DNA of 64,000 bases. It comes from Phormidesmis sp. (GTDB taxonomy: Bacteria; Cyanobacteriota; Cyanobacteriia; Leptolyngbyales; Leptolyngbyaceae). Positions within the stretch are counted from its first letter, which is position 1. Each line of letters opens with the position of its first letter. The translations under genes were made by a program, and so were the position numbers. Shown here piece by piece: positions 21,432-31,565 of the stretch. The DNA lies in NCBI GenBank assembly GCA_965248535.1, contig CBDFJR010000002.1:2240001-2304000 (forward strand), written 5' to 3'. The notes beneath the pieces are model-generated. The model was not told where the DNA came from and searched no databases. It saw only the letters and a program-made list of their open reading frames with translations.

Positions 21432-22007
21432 TTAGCCTGCCGCTTTTTTGCGACCTCTGGTTGAAGGGGTCTTAGGAGCCGCTTTGGTGGCTGTAGCTTT
21501 GGCTTTAGTGGCTGCGGGTTTTGCCTTAGCAGTTGGCGCAGATTTTGCAGTCGTCTTGGCAGCAGATTTTGCGCTTTCGACGGTGGTGGCGCGAGGGCGT
21601 TTTGCAGTCGTGGTCTCAGCGACAGGTTCGGGCTTTGCTGCCGCTCCGTTGCCGTTTCCATTCGTCAAGGTTACGGTTTCAGGATTAAGGGTGATGCCTT
21701 GGGTTTTCCGTCTTCTCGTTTTAGGTTTGCTGCCGTCTTTTTCTTTGCGCGCAGACGAGAGGTAATATTTCAGCGTTGATGGGCTGATTTCCACTCCCTT
21801 CTCTGTTAGCATTTTTGAAACTTCTGCGTAGCTATAGCCCCGATCGAGGGCCGCTGAAATCGGTTCCTTGAGCAAATCGATCGCTTCTCGCAGTGACCAA
21901 ATTTCTTTAGGCTTTTCGGCTAGCCCTTCTAAAATTGTAGCTGCGCTGCTGATCGCACCCTTTGACACTAGCGTTGATGTGGGTGATCGCCGTTTGGTTG
22001 TTACCAT
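21432..22007 (-). CDS. Putative DNA-binding protein: HTH-like domain plus K/A/T-rich tail
   Basis: ATG 22007; RGYSYAEVSKMLTEKGVEISPSTLKYYL; tail AKSAAKTTAKSAPTAKAKPAATKAK. Confidence 0.7.
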   Translation of the reverse strand: MVTTKRRSPTSTLVSKGAISSAATILEGLAEKPKEIWSLREAIDLLKEPISAALDRGYSYAEVSKMLTEKGVEISPSTLKYYLSSARKEKDGSKPKTRRRKTQGITLNPETVTLTNGNGNGAAAKPEPVAETTTAKRPRATTVESAKSAAKTTAKSAPTAKAKPAATKAKATATKAAPKTPSTRGRKKAAG

Positions 22008-22402
22008 TTCATTATCCTGAATAATTGAGTGACGTGGACTGTTTTTTCTAGACATTTGCAGTCTAGAGGTTTTAAACCTGTGAGCTTTCAAAAAAGATGT
22101 GTGACTCGTGGAGACTGTTGATTGATTTTTCAATTCGCGAGTCGTTGACGCTGCTGTCACCATTATGACCATCGTCGTCAATTATAGAGACATTTTAGAG
22201 TTTAGAATCAAATCTTAAAAATTGTCCTGATGGTTTAGCTAAGTTGATCATTTTGATTAGTCTCAGAGTCACCTCAGCTTTATCGAGACGGCCCTCTTGA
22301 TGATCGCTAGGCATTTTTTCTCGTGATCGCCAGCGGATGATGTCTTTTCTTTAAAAGGATGATCGATGTTAGTTAGTTTGTATTCCTAAAGTTGTCAGAC
22401 TG

Positions 22403-23179
22403 CTAACCAAACCGTTGGGCGATCGTGCAAAACACGGGGGCTAGCAGCAGCGCTGGAAGAAAGGCTGCAATGCTCAAGGACGTGATTTCCAGCAGGTTTA
22501 ATCCCAATCCCATAATCATTAAGCCACCGACTCCAGACGTTAATAAGACTGAAGGGGCGTTCACGGGGTCGGGCAGCACTTGCGCTAGGAACCCGGCACA
22601 GAGCGATAGCCCGCCTTGATAAAGCAAGATTGCGATGCTAGAAAATCCGACTCCGATGCCGTAGCTGCTGGTCAGAGCGATCGCGGCTAACCCATCCATC
22701 GCAGATTTGATTGACAATAGGGCATGGTCGCCTGATAAGCCGTTGCTGAGGCTGCCTAAGATCGCCAGCGGCCCGATGCAAAATAGCAAACTAGCGGCAA
22801 CAAACCCTTCGGTAAACCTGCCGCCGCCTTTAAAGAGATCGCGGAGCCAGTCGCCAATTTTTTGTAGCTGTGTTTCGATGCGCCACCATTCACCGAGCAG
22901 ACCACCGAGGACGATCGCGAGTAGCCCAATAATCACTCCGTCAATCTGACCTGCTTTGACTTTTAATAAACTACTAGCTAGAGTTACCCCTAAAAATAGC
23001 GTTAATAAGCCCAGTCCTTGGGTGATGATGCGCTGCATCCGCAGGGGCAAGCTTCCGGTTAAGCCCAGCCCAATCAGGGTGCCTCCCAGGATGGTAGCGA
23101 CGTTGATCCAGGTGCCGTTTGTTTTGTCCCACAGGCTGAGGGCGGCAGGGTGAATCAAAAAATGAGTGATTGGAATCAA
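22403..23179 (-). CDS. DUF554-family membrane protein
   Basis: GTWINVATILGG, FVAASLLFCIGPLAILGS, KSAMDG. Confidence 0.85.
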   Translation of the reverse strand: MIPITHFLIHPAALSLWDKTNGTWINVATILGGTLIGLGLTGSLPLRMQRIITQGLGLLTLFLGVTLASSLLKVKAGQIDGVIIGLLAIVLGGLLGEWWRIETQLQKIGDWLRDLFKGGGRFTEGFVAASLLFCIGPLAILGSLSNGLSGDHALLSIKSAMDGLAAIALTSSYGIGVGFSSIAILLYQGGLSLCAGFLAQVLPDPVNAPSVLLTSGVGGLMIMGLGLNLLEITSLSIAAFLPALLLAPVFCTIAQRFG

Positions 23180-23504
23180 GGGTAGACTTCCTCAACGGTG
23201 ACTAGCTTATTTAGCGTAGTCTTTTAGTCGAGGGTTGCTTCGATCGAGGATAAATGTGGGGATGCTCGATCGCGTTCTTTACTGACCACGTTCTTTACTA
23301 AAGCGCAAATCTGGTGGGGATTATGAGCTAAGTCCTGTCGGGCACTGCCGCAAGCAATGGTCACTGAAGCGGAGTGATCCAGGCGTAGTAGAGTACTTTC
23401 TACTTCTTTATTGGGGGAGGTGGATCAGAGACGGGATTTAGAGCGAGTGGAGCGATCGTAGAACTGTGAGATCAGTTACTCTGCGATCGTGTTTAGCCTA
23501 TTGA

Positions 23505-24526
23505 TCACACTACTCTACTTGCTGGGAGATAGAGGACATGCGGTTTTCGCTGGTTGGTAGGCTGCGGATTTCCTAAAACTAGTCTCTGAAGCTCCAGCCA
23601 GGTTACAACTTTAGTGTTGCTCGGATAATAGGCTTGGACAAAGCTGATAAAGTCGTCGATCGTGCAGGGCTTCTGCGTTCCTCCCATGTAGTCTTGGTGA
23701 AACTGTTCATGAATTTCGGGAACTAGAGTAAGCAGGTTATTTTCAACATCTGCCAAATGGGGATACCCACTTTGAGAATATAGGTGATGGGCTGCTAACT
23801 TAAGTTTGTTGACACGGTTTTTCTTTTGACCTGTCACTTGACAAGTGTTGCTATCCCTCTTTTTAGCTTTGTCCATTGCTGATAGAATTCGCTTTTCACG
23901 ATTTTGAATCTCAGCTACGATGTCAGAAATCTGCGGACTAATAACTTCTCCAACGTCCCCACACCACTCTTGACGATTCTTTTTAGACTGACATTCTTTG
24001 AAGGAGTGAGACAGTTTAAGAACACCTGCCAAGGAGAAATGCAATCCTCCCTCATCGATAAAGTCTTCAAAATCTTCACCTTTAATGAGAGGATACTGGT
24101 TTTTTGCGTATGGTCAGCCATTTTGCTTAAATAGTCAGACCGTGTTTTGAAAATTGTCACCAGGTCAGATCTTGAAACAAAAAACTGTCCATTGCGCTTG
24201 ACTAGTGACGAGGAGTTATCAAGAATGTGCTTCTTAATAAATGCTTTACTAATTTCTCGTTTAGTATGTGTAAACCATTCTGTCAGACGTTGCCAAAACG
24301 TTTGCTTTTGTGTTGCTTCAAGATAGCGAGCAATGGTATAAGCGCCTGATGAGGTATATTCTCGTAACCCAGTTGTTTTATTAACAACTTTATAATCCTT
24401 GCTTTCAGTCAATTCCCACTCATCATCTGGAACTGAGTCAAAGAATTTCTCGGTTTCAATCAGTTCCTGAGTGGTAATTTTTAGTGTTTTAACCAACTCT
24501 TGGGAAGTAATATACAGTTCTGCCAT
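23505..24526 (-). pseudogene. ORF6N-like DNA-binding + HNH endonuclease protein, one frameshift near 24100
   Basis: Two overlapping ORFs join at an A6 run; C-terminus has RDSNTCQVTG, LAAHHL and NNLLTL..IHEQFH. Confidence 0.65.
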
Positions 24527-24528
24527 TT

Positions 24529-25179
24529 CTAAAACCTTTCAGTAAGACTTTTGTAAAACACGTTCAGACGAGCGAAGACATCAGCATTTCCTGTGTTGGG
24601 AATATCTGGGTGATAAATTTGGCTGAGTTTACGATACGCAGACTTAATATCCTCTGAAGTGGCTGTCTGAGGGTCTAGTCCAAACGCTTTCCATACCAAG
24701 TCATACTTAAAGATGTTGATGCCATTGATGCAGCCATAGCCAGTCTCATTTTCTTCTTCTGGCAAAATACTGATAAACTTGCGATATAGCTTTTCCCAGC
24801 TATCTTTCTTGCTAAATTCAAGGTTTCCCATACCGCTTGTTGCCATTGCAAAAGAGCCAGATTTTTTTAATTCTTTGACATCTTTAACATTAAAATAATT
24901 AAGAACGCAGTTTTTGATCTGAGCCAAGGTTAAAGGCTTGACTTTTACAGTCTTGACAACTTTGGGTGACTTAGGTTTAGGATCTTTCTTCTTATAATTC
25001 TCAATGACGAACTGAGTAAATTCTTCGATAGTCGCTGTGTCTATGCCTTGGGCTTCTGCAAGCCGAGAAATCTCATTTTGAATCAGTTGATTGAGTATGA
25101 TCTTAGACATTGGTTTTGCAACAGTTGAAGTTTCAGTACTCTGTTGTACATCCTTTGAACGAGTTTTGGTAGGGGTCAT
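24529..25179 (-). CDS. Protein with C-terminal J-domain
   Basis: FGLDPQTATSEDIKSAYRKLSQIYHPD..FARLN; GAGG before ATG 25179; stop 2 nt before the next ATG. Confidence 0.85.
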   Translation of the reverse strand: MTPTKTRSKDVQQSTETSTVAKPMSKIILNQLIQNEISRLAEAQGIDTATIEEFTQFVIENYKKKDPKPKSPKVVKTVKVKPLTLAQIKNCVLNYFNVKDVKELKKSGSFAMATSGMGNLEFSKKDSWEKLYRKFISILPEEENETGYGCINGINIFKYDLVWKAFGLDPQTATSEDIKSAYRKLSQIYHPDIPNTGNADVFARLNVFYKSLTERF

Positions 25180-25491
25180 CTTCCAGATCCTCAATAACGT
25201 CGATCGCAGCCACTTTCCCGCGTCAAATCTTGTCGTAAGCAAATCTGACTGTGCGTTCAAATCACTGAGATGTCCTCCGTGATTGAAATCATAGTTCTAG
25301 TCTAAGTTCCTTATAAAGGTCTGATTTCAGTAAAATCACTGGGATTTTGTCAGAAATCATAAAGTCTCTACGAGTCAATTGAGAGAAGGGTGAAGACTTG
25401 CCAACGTAGCCCCACGAAAACTCAGCGAATATTCCGATCGTGGTAACCCCAACGTACCCTGACCCAAGTGTTTAATAACAGTTTTGAACGT

Positions 25492-27234
25492 CTAAAATCC
25501 GGCAGCGACACCCTCACCTCTGGGGTCGGCAGCCCCTTCTAAAGAGCCATCGGGCAGAACCACGATCGCGTTAGCATTTCCCCAACTGGAGCGTTCTTGA
25601 ATCTGATGTCCGCGACGTTTTAGATCAGCGATCGTTAGTGTGTCTAATCCCCATGATTCAACATTGAGGCGATCGGGCAGCCATTGATGATGAATTCTTG
25701 GAGCCGCGATCGCTCTGCGAACATCCATGTCGTAGACCAATATGTTTAAGATAATTTGCAACACTGTTGTAATGATTGTGCTGCCACCTGGTGACCCCAC
25801 GGCTAGTCGCAGATGACCGTTTTCGGTGACGATCGTCGGAGTCATGCTCGATAGCGGAATTTTGCTGGGCGCGATCGCGTTAGCTGTTCCGCCCACGAGT
25901 CCAAAGGCGTTGGGGGTGTTGGGCGCGATCGCAAAGTCGTCCATTTCGTTGTTCAAGACGATGCCCGTGCCTTTAGCGACAACTCCGGCCCCAAAACTGA
26001 GATTGACTGTGAAGGTCAGGCTGACGGCATTGCGATCGCGATCTACCACCGTGAGGTGGCTGGTTTCGACCGATTCTTTAGTCAGACGTTGCAGCACTGC
26101 GGGGTCAACGGCTTTTACTTGACTAGAGGGAGTTGCTTTTTGAGGATTGATTTCCTGTCGTCGTTTTTGCGCGTAGGCGGGGCTGATTAATGCCTTAACC
26201 GGAACTTTGACAAAATCAGGATCACCGAGATAAGTGGCCCGATCGGCGTAGGCAATTCGCATCGACTCGGCTAATAAATGTAGGGCATCGGGACTATGCC
26301 AGCCCATTGTTGTTAAGTCTGTGTCGCCAATCATGTTGAGAATTTGCAGCAGATGAACGCCTCCCGAAGACGGTGGCGGCATTGAGCAAACTCGTGCTTT
26401 ACGAAAGTCGCCACAGACTGGGGTGCGCCAGGTTGGGCGATATTGCTGGAGATCTTTTTTGGTGATCAATCCATGATTAGCTGCCATATCGTTGGCGATC
26501 GCTGCTGCAATCGTTCCTGTATAAAAATCTTGAGGATTTTGAGACACCGATCGTAACGTTGCAGCCAATTCTGACTGAACTAACTGATCGCCCACTTGAT
26601 AAATCTTGCCACTGTGAGTGAAAATTTTCCGGGCATCAGGATTTTTAAGTAGCGTTTGTTGTTCTTCTTCTGTAGCGTTCACAAACCGCCAGCTAACCGG
26701 AAATCCCTTTTCTGCTAACTGAATCGCTGGAGCAATCACAGTTTTCCACGGTAAGTGTCCATATTGACGATGGACTTCATAGAGTCCGGCGATCGTGCCC
26801 GGTGTTGCCACCGCTAAATATCCATTTGTACTCGCGTTGGGGCGCACATTCCCCTGTCTGTCCAGATACATGGTTTTTGTAGCGTTAAGCGGCGCACGTT
26901 CCCGAAAATCTAAGGCCTTTGTCTCGTTGTTTTTCGCCTGATACATCAGCAAAAATCCACCGCCACCCAGTCCGGCTGAAAATGGCTCGACCACCGAGAT
27001 GGCAAAGGTTGTGGCAACGGCAGCATCTACGGCATTGCCGCCCTGTTGCAGCATTGACAGTCCCGCTTGAGTCGCGAGGGGGTTGGCAGACGCGACCATG
27101 CCTTGATTAGCCCGATCGAGCATAGCAGTCGGGGGAGAAACCGCGATCGCAGGCAGCGATCCACCCATTCCTACAGCAATGATCACGCCGAGAGCAAAAA
27201 TTTTGTGACTCTGAAATGCGCCAATGTAATTCAT
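25492..27234 (-). CDS. ggt: Gamma-glutamyltransferase
   Basis: GGNAVDAAVA, DFRERAP, ETSHLTVVD, LNNEMDDF, SSMTP, GSPGG; ATG 27234 overlaps the cbiB stop (ATGA). Confidence 0.95.
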   Translation of the reverse strand: MNYIGAFQSHKIFALGVIIAVGMGGSLPAIAVSPPTAMLDRANQGMVASANPLATQAGLSMLQQGGNAVDAAVATTFAISVVEPFSAGLGGGGFLLMYQAKNNETKALDFRERAPLNATKTMYLDRQGNVRPNASTNGYLAVATPGTIAGLYEVHRQYGHLPWKTVIAPAIQLAEKGFPVSWRFVNATEEEQQTLLKNPDARKIFTHSGKIYQVGDQLVQSELAATLRSVSQNPQDFYTGTIAAAIANDMAANHGLITKKDLQQYRPTWRTPVCGDFRKARVCSMPPPSSGGVHLLQILNMIGDTDLTTMGWHSPDALHLLAESMRIAYADRATYLGDPDFVKVPVKALISPAYAQKRRQEINPQKATPSSQVKAVDPAVLQRLTKESVETSHLTVVDRDRNAVSLTFTVNLSFGAGVVAKGTGIVLNNEMDDFAIAPNTPNAFGLVGGTANAIAPSKIPLSSMTPTIVTENGHLRLAVGSPGGSTIITTVLQIILNILVYDMDVRRAIAAPRIHHQWLPDRLNVESWGLDTLTIADLKRRGHQIQERSSWGNANAIVVLPDGSLEGAADPRGEGVAAGF

Positions 27235-28214
27235 GATGCTCCTAAAATGGTTAATCCTGATAGTGCGATCGCTAACCAACTCAAAAAACTGATGCGCGTC
27301 AACTGCAACGCTTGCCGAATAATTTCTGGCGTAATCGATCGAGTTGGCTCACCCAAAAACGGCTTATGTTTTTCTATGCCGTGATACCAATTAGTGCCGC
27401 CGACTTGCACCCCCAACACAGCCGCATAAGCGCATTCGCTCCAACCGGAGTTTGGGCTAGAATCTTTGGGCCCATCTCGCTGGCAGAGCCGCCAAACTTC
27501 ACGAGGTTTTCTAGACAACAACGATAGAGTCAACACCGATAATCGACACGGCAACCAAGTCAAAAAATCATCAGTTTTAGCGCTACACCACCCAATATCT
27601 TGATAAGGAGCCGTCTGATATCCCACCATTGAATCTAAAGTGCTAGCGGCTTTATAAGCCAACGCGAACGGCACACTGCCAATCATGGGTAGAAATGCAC
27701 CGATTAATGCATAGAACAACGGAGCCATAACTCCATCGATAGCATTTTCGGTAACCGTTTCTAACACGGCTCGAAGAATCTCTGATTCACTCAAGTTTTC
27801 GGTATCGCGTCCCACATACAGACTTAGCTGCGATCGCGCCTGATCCAGATCTCCTTCTTTTAACGGGCGCAACACAGCTTCAGCCGCCGATCGTAAGCTT
27901 CGTCCTGCAAAACAACTGGCTAACAAAATGCTGGCAGTGATTAGCCCCAACGCTGGATGGAATGCTTTTGAGAATGCGACGATTCCCCATCCGATAACAC
28001 CACTTCCAACCACAATGAGAACAGTTAGAATCACACCTATAAATCGCAATAATGCTGGCTGCTTGAATGTTTTTAAAGCGGATTTAGAATAGCCATCAAT
28101 CGCCCAGCCCATGATCTGAACCGGATGCAGCCATCCCCACGGGTCGCCAATTCCATAATCGAGGAGAGCAGCGATCGCTAAAACACTGATTTCCCATCTC
28201 TCTCTAGACCACAA
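27231..28214 (-). CDS. cbiB: Adenosylcobinamide-phosphate synthase CbiB/CobD
   Basis: GDPWGWLHPV, VGRDT, ENAIDGVMAPLF, TLDSMVGY, SPNSGWSE; start uncertain (TTG 28214). Confidence 0.92.
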   Translation of the reverse strand: MWSRERWEISVLAIAALLDYGIGDPWGWLHPVQIMGWAIDGYSKSALKTFKQPALLRFIGVILTVLIVVGSGVIGWGIVAFSKAFHPALGLITASILLASCFAGRSLRSAAEAVLRPLKEGDLDQARSQLSLYVGRDTENLSESEILRAVLETVTENAIDGVMAPLFYALIGAFLPMIGSVPFALAYKAASTLDSMVGYQTAPYQDIGWCSAKTDDFLTWLPCRLSVLTLSLLSRKPREVWRLCQRDGPKDSSPNSGWSECAYAAVLGVQVGGTNWYHGIEKHKPFLGEPTRSITPEIIRQALQLTRISFLSWLAIALSGLTILGAS

Positions 28215-28647
28215 AGCTCGCCTCCTCTCCTTGGGCGGCTTGCCAGCTTCGGGCATCATAATAGAGATCTTCTAGAGAAATTTCGTAAAGGGCTTCTTTT
28301 AGCTTTTTGTGGAGTCGATTCCACAGGCTAAAGGTCACCCAATCTTCAGCTTGCCCACCGCTAGGGGCATGATGAGGCAACGGTTCTACACTTTCGCCCA
28401 CTGCTTCTAAAATCTGCCCCAACGAGATTTTTCCCGGCGGGCGAGATAGTTGATAGCCCCCCTGAGCGCCCCGCACCGACTGCACCAAATTTGCCCGTCG
28501 CATCTCAATCAACAGTTTTTCTAGATAAGGGGCTGGCAGACTTTGGCGTTGCGCGATCGCTTTCACAGACGCGGGGCCATAGCCTGGCTGAAAGCTGAGA
28601 TCTAACAAGGCTTTAACGCTATAGTGCCCGCGAGTCGTTAACTTCAA
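28204..28647 (-). CDS. Rrf2-family transcriptional regulator
   Basis: KLTTRGHYSV, YLEKLL, VQSVRGAQGGY; no Cys triad. Confidence 0.9.
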   Translation of the reverse strand: MKLTTRGHYSVKALLDLSFQPGYGPASVKAIAQRQSLPAPYLEKLLIEMRRANLVQSVRGAQGGYQLSRPPGKISLGQILEAVGESVEPLPHHAPSGGQAEDWVTFSLWNRLHKKLKEALYEISLEDLYYDARSWQAAQGEEASFVV

Positions 28648-28720
28648 GAGTGTCCAACCAAGTGATAGCTCTCCCGTGTCGGAGAGAAGGTCTTCAGTTT
28701 AACAGGGCTTTGAGCCTTCT

Positions 28721-29155
28721 CTATGAGTGTCCCAAATTTAATAGCTCTTGCGGCGATGCGATTAGCTTCACCTTGAGAACTGTGATCTCTTGTTGAGAAT
28801 TCAGCTTAAACAGCCACGCTACATTGACGCTAAACCGCTGCGTTTGCACGCGGCCCCTCACGTCGATCTCAGCGCCCCCTTCTTCCATAACTTGTTTGCT
28901 CACCGTTTGGCGCGGTTGAGCCGTGATGCCGCTAGCTGCAACGTTGAGATAGTCAGCGATCGCGTCCCGTCCTTCGATCGCCGCCTCAAAAGGCGGATTC
29001 AGCACGCCAGCGATCGCAAATTGCTGACTAGTCGCTTCAAAATCCCCCGCATTAAACGTTTCAAAATAACGCATTAAACTAGGCTCCGTCACCCCTGCGA
29101 TCGAACTAGATTCAGGTTGAGAAGCGATCGCAGTCTCAGAATTAACGGGTTGCAT
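28721..29155 (-). CDS. NTF2-like C-terminal domain homolog (CTDH) of orange carotenoid protein
   Basis: YFETFNAGDF, PPFE..IEGRDAIADYL, VQT..FSVNVAW, LIASPQELLNL. Confidence 0.8.
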   Translation of the reverse strand: MQPVNSETAIASQPESSSIAGVTEPSLMRYFETFNAGDFEATSQQFAIAGVLNPPFEAAIEGRDAIADYLNVAASGITAQPRQTVSKQVMEEGGAEIDVRGRVQTQRFSVNVAWLFKLNSQQEITVLKVKLIASPQELLNLGHS

Positions 29156-29244
29156 ATCGATCGAGCATTATAGTTCCTCTGGACAATAAACAAAAAAGCA
29201 GAAATTGTCTTGCCTCTAGAGAGATAGACCGTCGATCACGCACC

Positions 29245-29335
29245 AAAAACTCGGAGGTTTGAGCCAATCACAGAATTCTTACAAACCTCCGAGTTTTGTA
29301 TTTCCGGGTTCTCCGAGTTTACGCAAAACCTTTAG
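29245..29335 (-). ncRNA. Candidate small RNA ending in a 16-bp stem terminator
   Basis: Perfect inverted repeat 29246-29261/29282-29297 with a T run on the minus strand; extra CTCCGAGTTT copy at 29311-29320; -10-like TAGTTT near 29340. Confidence 0.4.
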
Positions 29336-29378
29336 ATAAACTAACAGCAGTAGCAGACTTCACCAGCAGAGATAACGA

Positions 29379-30335
29379 ATGACCCGCTCCGCTTTAGAGT
29401 TGACCAAGCAGATTAAGCAAAAAGCCTTAGAGATTGGATTTCACAAAGTTGGGATCGCGATCGTGCCCATCCATTCAGCCGACGAAAAAGCGGCCGTTAC
29501 CGCCCTGCAAACTTGGCTTACCCAAAACCATCAGGCAGACATGGCGTGGATGGCTAACCCCAAACGACAAGATCTTCGATTGGTGATGCCCGACGTGCGA
29601 TCGCTGGTTTGCGTCGCCCTTAACTACTACACCGCCCACGATCGACCCCAAGGCGATGACTATGCCAAAATTTCTCGCTATGGCTGGGGGCGTGACTATC
29701 ACCGAATTTTGCACAAAAAACTCAAGGCCCTGTCTACCTGGCTAGAGTCTCAGGGTGACGACATTCGCGCCCGCTATTATGCCGACACGGGCCCCGTGCA
29801 AGATAAATTTTGGGCCCAGCAAGCAGGCATCGGCTGGATCGCCAAGAACAGCAATGTGATTACGCGAGACTATGGCTCATGGGTATTTTTGGGTCAAGTC
29901 TTGACCAATCTAGAACTCGTCGGCGATCGCCCCCATCTCTCTCACTGCGGCACCTGCACCCGCTGCCTTGATGCCTGCCCTACCGGAGCGATCACCCAGC
30001 CGTTTGTCGTCGATGCCAATCGCTGCATCGCCTATCACACGATCGAAAACCGAGCCGAGATGCTGCCCGAAACCATTACTCCCCATCTCCAAGGCTGGGT
30101 GGCTGGGTGCGATATCTGTCAGGATGTCTGCCCCTGGAACCAGCGATTTGCCCAAGAGAGTGATATCGCCGCTTTTCAGCCCTATCCTGATAACGTGGCT
30201 CCCAAACTCACCGAGCTAGCAGAGATGTCAGACGCAGACTACGATCGCCGCTTTCCAGCCTCTGCCCTGAGACGAATTAAACCCGCCATGCTGCGCCGCA
30301 ATGCCCGCTCAAACTTGAGAACAAACGTTGAATAG
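29379..30335 (+). CDS. queG: Epoxyqueuosine reductase
   Basis: ISRYGWGRDYH, DTGPV, CGTCTRCLDACPT, GCDICQDVCPWN. Confidence 0.95.
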   Translation: MTRSALELTKQIKQKALEIGFHKVGIAIVPIHSADEKAAVTALQTWLTQNHQADMAWMANPKRQDLRLVMPDVRSLVCVALNYYTAHDRPQGDDYAKISRYGWGRDYHRILHKKLKALSTWLESQGDDIRARYYADTGPVQDKFWAQQAGIGWIAKNSNVITRDYGSWVFLGQVLTNLELVGDRPHLSHCGTCTRCLDACPTGAITQPFVVDANRCIAYHTIENRAEMLPETITPHLQGWVAGCDICQDVCPWNQRFAQESDIAAFQPYPDNVAPKLTELAEMSDADYDRRFPASALRRIKPAMLRRNARSNLRTNVE

Positions 30336-30408
30336 CGCGTCTTTGACGACTGGGGCATGATAGAGATATCCAACACCACCGTAGATTAAAGCTTGAGGAG
30401 AAAAACCA

Positions 30409-31398
30409 GTGGCTGCAACTGACTTTAAAGACTACTACGCACTGCTGGGCGTGACCAAGACTGCTAGCGCCGACGAAATTAAAAAAGCCTTTCGCAAATT
30501 GGCCCGCCAATATCACCCAGACATGAATCCGGGTGACAAGGCAGCAGAGGCGCGGTTTAAAGAAATCAACGAAGCCTATGAAGTCCTGTCTGACAGCGAT
30601 AAGCGGCAAAAATATGACCAATTTGGGCAATATTGGCAGCAGGCAGACCGAGCCGGGGCCCGAGGCGGACGATCGCCCTTTAGCACCAACGCCAGCCCTG
30701 GTTTTGATGAATTTGAATTTGGACGCTACGGCAGCTTTGATGAATTTGTCAATGATCTATTGGGGCGAGTCGGCACGGGCTATGGTCGCAGCGCTGACCC
30801 CTTTAGCGGTTATCGCACTCCAACGGGGGGTGGCTATGACGGCGCAGGCGCAGGCGTAAATTTGGATGTTGAAGCTCCGATCAAGCTGACATTTTCAGAA
30901 GCGTTTAATGGCGTGCAGAAGAAGTTAGGCATCGGCAGTGACACGATCGACGTGAGAATTCCGGCAGGGGCAAAGCCGGGCAGTCGCATTCGCATCAGAG
31001 GCAAGGGACGATTTAGCCCTCACTACACCAGTCAGCGCGGCGATCTCTATTTAATGGTCGAGTTGCTGCCCCATGCTTTCTTTCAGTTTGAGGGCGATAA
31101 CTTAGTGGGTGAGATCGCGATCGCGCCCGATGAAGCAGTTTTGGGGGGACAAATCGAGGTGCCTACCCCCGATGGCATGGTGATGGTCAACGTTCCGGCG
31201 GGGGTGCGATCGGGCCAAGCGCTGCGACTGCGCGGCAAAGGTTGGAAAAGTCCCAAAGGCGATCGGGGCGATCTGATGCTCAAACTTCTGATTGTGCCGC
31301 CTAAAGAATTAAGCGCGATCGAGCGAGAATCCTATGAGCAGATTCGCGATCATCGCAGTTACGATCCCCGCAGCAATCTCAAAGGCATCAAACTGTGA
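30409..31398 (+). CDS. DnaJ class B co-chaperone (CbpA-like)
   Basis: N-terminal J-domain with HPD, G/F region, C-terminal DnaJ domain, no Zn finger. Confidence 0.92.
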   Translation: MAATDFKDYYALLGVTKTASADEIKKAFRKLARQYHPDMNPGDKAAEARFKEINEAYEVLSDSDKRQKYDQFGQYWQQADRAGARGGRSPFSTNASPGFDEFEFGRYGSFDEFVNDLLGRVGTGYGRSADPFSGYRTPTGGGYDGAGAGVNLDVEAPIKLTFSEAFNGVQKKLGIGSDTIDVRIPAGAKPGSRIRIRGKGRFSPHYTSQRGDLYLMVELLPHAFFQFEGDNLVGEIAIAPDEAVLGGQIEVPTPDGMVMVNVPAGVRSGQALRLRGKGWKSPKGDRGDLMLKLLIVPPKELSAIERESYEQIRDHRSYDPRSNLKGIKL

Positions 31399-31535
31399 AT
31401 AGACTCCGCCCTGACTGCTGATCTTGGCTGGGATCGCTCAACCCTACGCCCAAAGAAATTAGCCTAGTTAACTCACTAGCAGCAGGAACCTGATCTCAGT
31501 TTCTCCTAGACTTTCAGAAAGCTAGTAGTCTAGAT

Positions 31536-31554
31536 TATGAAAGAATAATGAAAG
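31536..31554 (+). promoter_or_regulatory. ManR-type operator (direct repeat) next to a -10-like hexamer of mntH
   Basis: TATGAAAG-aat-AATGAAAG matches the (T/A)ATGA(G/A)A(A/G)-N3 direct repeat as I recall it for cyanobacterial ManR; TAGATT at 31531. Confidence 0.7.
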
Positions 31555-31565
31555 GGTTCTCACCT

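Noticed and set aside
23200..23500. att site, tRNA or integrase bounding the J-domain/HNH island
   Set aside because: Only a short local cgttctttact duplication; no matching repeat on the other flank and no tRNA fold seen
29245..29335. Cobalamin riboswitch (cbiB and B12-dependent queG are nearby)
   Set aside because: No B12-box or other cobalamin riboswitch motifs visible
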